Source: Thermococcus kodakarensis KOD1 (GTDB lineage: Archaea > Methanobacteriota_B > Thermococci > Thermococcales > Thermococcaceae). Taken from it: a stretch of 32,000 nt of DNA. Where the stretch lies: assembly GCF_000009965.1 (NCBI RefSeq), contig NC_006624.1, positions 960,001 through 992,000 of the forward strand. The letters run 5' to 3'. Under the pieces are notes generated by a model that made no database searches, was not told the origin of the DNA, and saw only the letters and a program-made list of their open reading frames with translations. The position numbers and the translations under genes are program-made. How positions within the stretch are numbered: position 1 is the stretch's first letter; each line of letters opens with the position of its first letter. Positions 26,298 to 32,000 of this stretch are shown here, piece by piece.

Positions 26298-26806
26298 TTC
26301 AATCCCTCCTCATAACCTGCCCTGAAGGCGCGGAGGTTTATCTCCTCGGTTCCCTTCGGGACGCGCCTCCTTATGGCCTCTTCAACGTTTTCCTTTTTCA
26401 CAACGCCTGTCTTCGCAACAAGGTAACCTAAGGCCACCATGTTGACCGTCAGAGCAAGTCCCGTCGTTTCCTCCGCGAGCCTCGTGAAGGGAGCACCGAT
26501 GTAGTCCCTATCGGGCTTAACGAGGTCGGTGTCGATAATGAGAAGGCCGTCCTCTTTGAGGGAGTCCTTAACGGTGTCGTAGCCGAGCTGGTGGAGGGCC
26601 ACCAGAACGTCTGCCTCGGTGACCATCACGTCGTAGATGGGTTCTTTAGAGATTATCACGTCGGCTATCGAGTGGCCGCCCCTGCTGGCCGAGCTGTAGT
26701 CCTGCGTCTGAAGGACGTTGAGGCCCTCAATAGCTGCTGCTTCACCGAGGATGACACCGGCCAGGACGACGCCCTGGCCGCCTATACCAGCGAGTCTAAT
26801 CTGCAT
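26294..26806 (-). CDS. korG: 2-oxoacid:ferredoxin oxidoreductase gamma subunit (set 1, displaced from its alpha/beta genes by the TA pair)
   Basis: MQIRLAGIGGQGVVLAGVILGEAAA...DYSSASRGGHSIADVIISKEPI. The ATG at 26806 and its SD GGAGGG both lie inside the 3' end of the HEPN gene. Confidence 0.9.
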   Translation of the reverse strand: MQIRLAGIGGQGVVLAGVILGEAAAIEGLNVLQTQDYSSASRGGHSIADVIISKEPIYDVMVTEADVLVALHQLGYDTVKDSLKEDGLLIIDTDLVKPDRDYIGAPFTRLAEETTGLALTVNMVALGYLVAKTGVVKKENVEEAIRRRVPKGTEEINLRAFRAGYEEGLK

Positions 26807-27191
26807 CGTTCTTACCCTCCAGATAAGATTTTGTGAAAGCCAAAAACTCCTCAGCATACCTCAAAACTTCTCTCGCGTCCCTTTCAGTGTACTCGACGAA
26901 AGCATCGTAATCGGCAGTGTGGCGCATGTTGAGGGCTTTTGAGTAGCCCGTGTAAAGCCTCGCGGGCATTTCCCCGGTCTTCACGAACTCTTTTCCGAGC
27001 TGGGCATGAACTCCAGCGTGGCTCTTCGGCGTTATGCCCTTGGAGAGGAGAAGCGCTCTCGCGCAGTAGAACATAACGTAGTAGGCGCTTGAGATGGCGA
27101 AGGCGTAGTGGCCCCTCTCAAAAAGCTCCCTTGAAGCAGCGAGCCTCTCTTCGGCTTTTCTGAGAAGCGCCCTGATCTCATCCGCGTTCAT
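26796..27191 (-). CDS. HEPN-domain protein (putative toxin of a HEPN-MNT pair)
   Basis: 131-aa four-helix protein ...AASRELFERGHYAFAISSAYYVMFYCARALLLSKGI...ALNMRHTADYDAF... is the HEPN family pattern, including the R-x-x-x-DY region. The ATG overlaps the MNT stop (ATGA). Confidence 0.85.
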   Translation of the reverse strand: MNADEIRALLRKAEERLAASRELFERGHYAFAISSAYYVMFYCARALLLSKGITPKSHAGVHAQLGKEFVKTGEMPARLYTGYSKALNMRHTADYDAFVEYTERDAREVLRYAEEFLAFTKSYLEGKNDAD

Positions 27192-27475
27192 ACTGCGATT
27201 CCCTCCGTTTTTGCCGTGTTGTAGAGGCTGTCCTTCTTGGAAGTGTGGGGCATTATCATGACCGAGATCCCGAGCTCGAGGGTGAGCTCCGCACTCAGCT
27301 TTCCTATCTCGTCCCAGTCCTCAGCCTTTATCTCATCTTTGAGGACGAGAAGAACGTCGAGGTCGCTGTCTTCTCTGTGGTCCCCTCTAACCCTTGAACC
27401 GAAGATGATTACTTCCTCAACCCTGTCACCAAAGGCCTCCCTCAGCCTTCTGCCGATGGCCTCAAACTCCATCAT
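27188..27475 (-). CDS. Minimal nucleotidyltransferase (MNT; putative antitoxin of a HEPN-MNT pair)
   Basis: MMEFEAIGRRLREAFGDRVEEVIIFGSRVRGDHREDSDLDVLLVL carries the GSxxRG...DxD pol-beta-type NTase signature. The ATG at 27475 (or 27472) lies inside the last codons of korB. Confidence 0.85.
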   Translation of the reverse strand: MMEFEAIGRRLREAFGDRVEEVIIFGSRVRGDHREDSDLDVLLVLKDEIKAEDWDEIGKLSAELTLELGISVMIMPHTSKKDSLYNTAKTEGIAV

Positions 27476-28328
27476 CTTCACCCTTAAGCCCAAAGTGCTC
27501 TTGAACTTCATCTATCAGCTTGTTGAGCTCGCTAACGAACTCCGGCCTCTCCCTGTTCACGAACTCCCCGATGACGAACTTGTCCTCAAGTTCTTCTGGC
27601 GACATCTTCTTCGCCTTGCTTATGGGAACTGAATTCTTGAGGAACCAGCGGAGCATCTCGGCGGGTTCCTTCATCCTGTTCCTCCTTCCGAACTGGACGG
27701 GACACTGGGAGACAACTTCAACGAGCGAGAATCCCTTAACCTGAAGGGCCTTCTTTATGCTCTCAATGAGCTGGTAAACGTGGGCCGTTGTCCAGCGGGC
27801 GACGTAGGAGGCCCCAGCGGCGGCAACAGTTTCGCTTATCTGAAGCGGGTGTTCTATGTTGCGGTAGGGAGTTGTCGTAGTCTTTGCACCGAAGGGTGTC
27901 GTTGGGGCAACCTGGCCACCGGTCATTCCGTATATCATATTATTAACTAAGATGACCGTTATGTCGATGTTCCTCCTCGCGGCGTGGATGAGGTGGTTCC
28001 CGCCTATGCTGGCCAGATCACCGTCCCCACTTATTACGACGACCTTCTTGTCGGGAAGTCCGACCTTAACGCCGGTTGCAAAGGCTATGGCCCTTCCGTG
28101 AGTAGTGTGAAGAGTGTCGGCGAGGAAATACGGTGAGGCTATCCAGGCGGAACAGCCGATACCGCTGACAACAACGAGGTCTTTCGGGTCTATCCTGAGC
28201 TGGTCAACGGCGTTTGCGAAGGCATTGAGGACGGTTCCACCCCCACAGCCTGGGCAGAGGGCAGTGGGAAGTGCCTCCTTTCTCAAGTATTTGACCATAG
28301 GATAGCGTGAGTAGATTTCCTTTGCCAT
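27462..28328 (-). CDS. korB: 2-oxoacid:ferredoxin oxidoreductase beta subunit, TPP-binding (set 1)
   Basis: MAKEIYSRYPMVKYLRKEALPTALCPGCGGGTV...ISGDGDLASIGGNHLIHAARRN...NNMIYGMTGGQ. The ATG overlaps the alpha stop (TGATG). Confidence 0.9.
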   Translation of the reverse strand: MAKEIYSRYPMVKYLRKEALPTALCPGCGGGTVLNAFANAVDQLRIDPKDLVVVSGIGCSAWIASPYFLADTLHTTHGRAIAFATGVKVGLPDKKVVVISGDGDLASIGGNHLIHAARRNIDITVILVNNMIYGMTGGQVAPTTPFGAKTTTTPYRNIEHPLQISETVAAAGASYVARWTTAHVYQLIESIKKALQVKGFSLVEVVSQCPVQFGRRNRMKEPAEMLRWFLKNSVPISKAKKMSPEELEDKFVIGEFVNRERPEFVSELNKLIDEVQEHFGLKGEDDGV

Positions 28329-29518
28329 CAGGCAACACCCCTTATCTCGCGGAGAATCTCGTTAACCGTTAGAGGGACTCCGCCTATCTTGTTCACGCCC
28401 TTGAGGAGAACGTCGTCGTTGACATACCTCTGAACCTCCAGTATCATCTGGCCGAGGTTCATCTCCGGGACGAGTACGGCCCGGACTTTCTTTCCGAGCG
28501 CCCTCATCCGCTCCCCCGGGAACGGGTGGACGGTCTTGGGTACGAATAGCCCGGCTTTGATTCCCTCTTCCCTCGCCTTTAGAACTGCCCCGAGGGCCGG
28601 CCTTGCCGTTACACCCCAGCTGACGACGAGAATTTCCGCGTCGTCCGTGAAGTACTCCTCGTACTTTTCATAGACGTGCCTGTTCTGCTCGATCTTCCTG
28701 TGAAGTCTCCTCACGAGCCTGTCGTGGACTTCGGGGGTGTAGACATCACGAAGGCCATTCTCCTTGTGCGTTGAACCCGTGACGTGGGTGAAGTAGCCGT
28801 GGCCGAAGAGGGGCATCGGCGGAACACCGTCACCGTGCGGGTCTCCAAAGGGAAGCCTGGCCTCTTCTTCATTCTGCGGGAGCTTGCGGTAGGTAATTTC
28901 AACTTCTTCCACATCGGGTATCTTGACGAGCTCCCTCGTGTGGGCGAGAACGCCGTCGAAGAGCATGACAACTGGCGTCCTGAGCCTCTCGGCTATGTTG
29001 AACGCCCTGATTATCTCCCAGAAGGCATCCTGCCCGCTCGTCGGCGAGAGGGCTATTATCGGATGATCGCCGTGGGTTCCCCAGCGGGCCTGGAAGAAGT
29101 CCCCCTGCGCTCCCTTGGTCGCCTGACCGGTTGATGGGCCGCTCCTCTGGACATCAACGAGAACTAAAGGTGTTTCAGTCATGACCGCGTATCCAAGGTT
29201 CTCCTGCATGAGCGAGAAGCCCGGGCCTGCGGTTGCCGTCATGACCTTGAGGCCCGTCCAGGATGCGCCGACCATCGCCGCTATGCTCCCTATCTCATCC
29301 TCCATCTGGAGATAGTAGCCACCGAGCTTTGGAAGCTCTCTCGCCATCGTCTCGGCTATCTCGCTTGAGGGGGTTATAGGATAGCCTGCGTAGAAGCGGC
29401 AGCCGGCGAAGATAGCTCCATAGGCAACGGCCTCGTTGCCCTGCATGAAGTAGTTGCCAGGTTTGTAGAGCTTCTTGATGAGCCTGATCTGCTCAGGCTC
29501 GTCGCCGCGGATTATCAT
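28328..29518 (-). CDS. korA: 2-oxoacid:ferredoxin oxidoreductase alpha subunit (set 1)
   Basis: ...GCRFYAGYPITPSSEIAETMA...MTATAGPGFSLMQENLGYAVMTETPLVLVDVQRSGPSTGQAT... SD AGGTGGTGA lies in front of the ATG. Confidence 0.9.
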   Translation of the reverse strand: MIIRGDEPEQIRLIKKLYKPGNYFMQGNEAVAYGAIFAGCRFYAGYPITPSSEIAETMARELPKLGGYYLQMEDEIGSIAAMVGASWTGLKVMTATAGPGFSLMQENLGYAVMTETPLVLVDVQRSGPSTGQATKGAQGDFFQARWGTHGDHPIIALSPTSGQDAFWEIIRAFNIAERLRTPVVMLFDGVLAHTRELVKIPDVEEVEITYRKLPQNEEEARLPFGDPHGDGVPPMPLFGHGYFTHVTGSTHKENGLRDVYTPEVHDRLVRRLHRKIEQNRHVYEKYEEYFTDDAEILVVSWGVTARPALGAVLKAREEGIKAGLFVPKTVHPFPGERMRALGKKVRAVLVPEMNLGQMILEVQRYVNDDVLLKGVNKIGGVPLTVNEILREIRGVA

Positions 29519-29521
29519 GCG

Positions 29522-29794
29522 TCACCACCTTACCGCTATGGCGAAGTCCGGGCAGAGCAGCTCACAGAGCTTGCACTTGACGCACTTTTCAGCGTTGACG
29601 GGAACAGGATAATGGACGCCCTTTTCGCTCAGCTCCTTGCTCCATTCGAAGACCTTTCTCGGGCACATCTCGACGCAGATTCCGCATCCCTTGCACAGAA
29701 AAGTATCGATGTCAATCTCAACTATTCCCTCGGCTTTGCCGATAACGAGGTATCCTTCCTTTTCAACGGTTGTCTTGGTTTCGACATCTGCCAT
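29522..29794 (-). CDS. korD: 2-oxoacid:ferredoxin oxidoreductase delta subunit (2x[4Fe-4S] ferredoxin-like)
   Basis: CKGCGICVEMCP and CVKCKLCELLCP cluster motifs. I prefer the ATG at 29794, behind SD GGGTGA; the track start is at 29839. TATA CTTTAAAT on the minus strand lies around 29838-29848. Confidence 0.85.
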   Translation of the reverse strand: MADVETKTTVEKEGYLVIGKAEGIVEIDIDTFLCKGCGICVEMCPRKVFEWSKELSEKGVHYPVPVNAEKCVKCKLCELLCPDFAIAVRW

Positions 29795-30157
29795 AATCAT
29801 CACCCGCGATTTGCTAACCCCGTTTACGTTTGTCAACATTTAAAGCTTTCGTGAGAGAACATTAATGTCCATAAAAGATGTACTGGTTGGGTTTATACAC
29901 CCCAAGAAAAAGCAAGAGGACATGGAGCAGAAAAGAGAAGAAAATTCATCACGTCAATAACAATCGCAGGCACATAGGTTCAAAGTTCCTCATGGGCCCA
30001 CGGTATTTTGAATCGATAAGAGTTGTAAATAATTACTAAATATCATAATCATGAAATGGAAAATCTTATATCTACTCACAACTTATTATATTACAGTAGT
30101 ACATTGTGACCCAACTGAGTAAATCCACATGGTTAATTCCAAAGTGGAGGTGAGCAA

Positions 30158-30634
30158 ATGAAGCCCCGCTCTCTCCTTTATCTCTTCCTCTTCCCCGCAT
30201 GGGAGTTCCTACTCATGATTTTGCTCCCTTCAGAATACTACGTCGGAGCTTCTTGCCTCCAGATTCGTCCTCATCCGATCTGTGCCTTCCACTTTAGTCC
30301 ATCAGCAACTTTCGTTCTCCTCGTAACGGCGCCGTTCCTAATCTCAATTATCCTTGGCCTCTGGAAGGAATGGGGTGAACTTGTAGCATTTGGAATCCCT
30401 TCGCTTGCCGTTGTACTGGTAACGCTCCTTCTCTTAGACCTCTTCGAAAAGTCATGGATTCCCCCGGCTGGGGCCGGAATAACCTCTGCGGTCTTGTATA
30501 GTGTTCCAGGCATGGGTATAAGACTGAATTACTCTACAAAAAGAGTGGAGAGACTGGTATGGGCAACCACATCATTCATAGTTTCGTTTATCATTTGTGT
30601 TATGGTATGGGGTGGAACATCTGTGGCGGTGTGA
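30158..30634 (+). CDS. Small polytopic membrane protein, unknown function (paralogue of 31466-31936)
   Basis: 158 aa with about 4 hydrophobic helices. A strong SD GGAGGTGA lies 4 nt before the ATG. It shares the block C-x3-[FY]-SP-[ST]-x2-FV-[LI]-LV with the third gene of the cluster. Confidence 0.55.
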   Translation: MKPRSLLYLFLFPAWEFLLMILLPSEYYVGASCLQIRPHPICAFHFSPSATFVLLVTAPFLISIILGLWKEWGELVAFGIPSLAVVLVTLLLLDLFEKSWIPPAGAGITSAVLYSVPGMGIRLNYSTKRVERLVWATTSFIVSFIICVMVWGGTSVAV

Positions 30635-30754
30635 AGTAGGATACAGCACCAATATAAGTCCTAATACCGATGAAAAAGAGGGATCATTTTACGATAGACA
30701 ACCATAATGTTTTTAAGAAAGATGCCGTACTCACAACATACGGAGGAGAGTTCA

Positions 30755-31456
30755 ATGAGAGGACCCCATGTTGCCTTCATATTGCTGGTTGTTATATGGG
30801 CACTGATTGCTGTGGAAGTCTCCCAACCTTCTGAGAAAATCCATTGTTTCTCCAAGGTGCCGGTGAACGTGAGCGGCATCAAACCTCCTATTGTCAGCGG
30901 TCCGGGCTTCCCTCCAGAGGCAGGGTTTAAGGGAATAACCCTCGACGAGGTTGTAAATGGAAGTCCGAGGCACGTACTCGTCGGCTTCTTCAACTTCAAG
31001 CCCTTAAACTGGACCGAAAAAAAGCCGAAGTGCTACTTTAAGAGGCTGGAGGGCTTTTCAGAGAACTGGATCGGCTTTGTTCTGCCAGGAGCTTCCACAG
31101 AGAGCATCACACTCTCCAGTAAGGTTTATTTAGCCCTCTATGTATATCCCAAGGAGACCTCCGTCGTGATCTCGAAGATTGAGTATGCGGAGAATCCTGA
31201 GGATTCAAAAATAGTGGAAGCTTTTCGCCTCGAATACCCCAAGAACCCCGAGGAGTACGTTGCGGAGTACCTAGACTCTCTCGAAAAAGCCGGCTACACC
31301 AAAGTTAGAGAGCTCAAGAAGGGAGCGATCTTTGAGAGAGATGACGATACCCTGCTCGCTCTGGAAATTGAAGACGATGCTAACTTCTACTTAATACTAG
31401 TGAAGGGGAGTCATGAGGACGTTTTAAGAGTTGCGGAAATCCTGAGTGAGGGGTGA
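30755..31456 (+). CDS. N-terminally anchored or secreted hypothetical protein
   Basis: SD GGAGGAG lies 6 nt before the ATG at 30755. MRGPHVAFILLVVIWALIAVEVS is a signal/anchor helix, followed by about 210 aa of soluble mixed beta then acidic helical sequence. I recognise no family. Confidence 0.55.
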   Translation: MRGPHVAFILLVVIWALIAVEVSQPSEKIHCFSKVPVNVSGIKPPIVSGPGFPPEAGFKGITLDEVVNGSPRHVLVGFFNFKPLNWTEKKPKCYFKRLEGFSENWIGFVLPGASTESITLSSKVYLALYVYPKETSVVISKIEYAENPEDSKIVEAFRLEYPKNPEEYVAEYLDSLEKAGYTKVRELKKGAIFERDDDTLLALEIEDDANFYLILVKGSHEDVLRVAEILSEG

Positions 31457-31465
31457 TGGATTCCC

Positions 31466-31936
31466 ATGAAGTTCCGAGATTTCCTCATACATCTTTCCAT
31501 TCTCGGTTTGGCTACCGTTTGGGAGATTTTTCTTGCCTACCAGCGCTGGCTGGAGAAATACTACATCAGAGGCGAGAGTATTAAGCTCTGGGACAGGATC
31601 TTTACGTGCCATATATGGTACTCGCCAACTCCAATCTTCGTCATCCTCGTTCTCCTCCCGGCCATAGTCATCCTTGCATTGTATGTCTATCTTAGGAGCC
31701 CTATCCTCAAAAAATCTGGTTTGTCAATAGGAGCGCCAATACTCACAGTGGTGCTGATGCCCATTTTTTCTGATGAGACTACTAAATGGCTGTGGGGGAT
31801 CCTCATCGTCTCCATCCTGAGCGGCATTGTTCTCGGAGAGGGAAAGCTGGAGAAAGTCCTATTGGCAGTCCAGGGCTTCTTCCCAGCGTTGATGGTTCTC
31901 ATGATCATAAGCACAGGACTTCACGTCACGTGTTGA
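31466..31936 (+). CDS. Small polytopic membrane protein, unknown function (paralogue of 30158-30634)
   Basis: 156 aa with about 4 hydrophobic helices. SD GAGGGGTGA overlaps the previous stop, leaving a 9-nt gap. ...EKYYIRGESIKLWDRIFTCHIWYSPTPIFVILV aligns by eye with ...SEYYVGASCLQIRPHPICAFHFSPSATFVLLV of the first gene. Confidence 0.55.
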   Translation: MKFRDFLIHLSILGLATVWEIFLAYQRWLEKYYIRGESIKLWDRIFTCHIWYSPTPIFVILVLLPAIVILALYVYLRSPILKKSGLSIGAPILTVVLMPIFSDETTKWLWGILIVSILSGIVLGEGKLEKVLLAVQGFFPALMVLMIISTGLHVTC

Positions 31937-32000
31937 GTTTTGAAACAGAGAAAGAGAAGACCAAACATGTCCTGAGAGCTTCACCACGTAACCAGCTGCC

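Overview
This window looks like core chromosome from a Thermococcus-type hyperthermophilic archaeon. The evidence is GC-rich coding sequence, GGTG/GGAGG Shine-Dalgarno motifs, AT-rich TATA boxes about 25 nt before the starts, many 1-4 nt gene overlaps, and proteins I recognise as Thermococcales orthologues. From memory only, the gene order resembles the T. kodakarensis PGM/ManC/GlkA/PgiA ... PfdC/PfdD ... KGOR neighbourhood. I could not run a search, so every product call rests on motif or sequence recognition.

Content from left to right:
- A topA gene running off the left edge and interrupted by an intein.
- A P-loop protein next to a MoaD/ThiS-like ubiquitin-fold protein, then alanine aminotransferase.
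- A C/D box sRNA that cannot appear in the ORF track, then a two-gene LysO-family exporter.
- The conserved rpl44e-rps27e-aIF2alpha-nop10-PAC2 operon. nop10 is absent from the track because it is 59 aa.
- A CbiM/PDGLE/CbiQ/CbiO Ni/Co ECF transporter and an orphan secreted protein.
- A minus-strand sugar cluster, pgiA-glkA-manC-pgm/pmm, with three Thermococcales glycolytic motifs (TGM) in its promoters.
- An rnz-traB-KH operon, a TPR-like protein and a RumA-type RNA m5U methyltransferase.
- A VapBC pair fused to a Cys-less PTPS/QueD-family gene, a DUF192 gene and a prefoldin alpha/beta pair.
- A tandemly duplicated 2-oxoacid:ferredoxin oxidoreductase array (delta-alpha-beta-[MNT-HEPN]-gamma-alpha-beta-gamma).
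- An AT-rich gap followed by three uncharacterised membrane or secreted genes.

The findings I rate most worth following up are:
- the HEPN-MNT toxin-antitoxin pair translationally welded into the kor operon
- the orphan membrane module at the right end
- the C/D sRNA
- the arrangement of the TGM sites

I found no tRNA, rRNA, CRISPR array or transposase.
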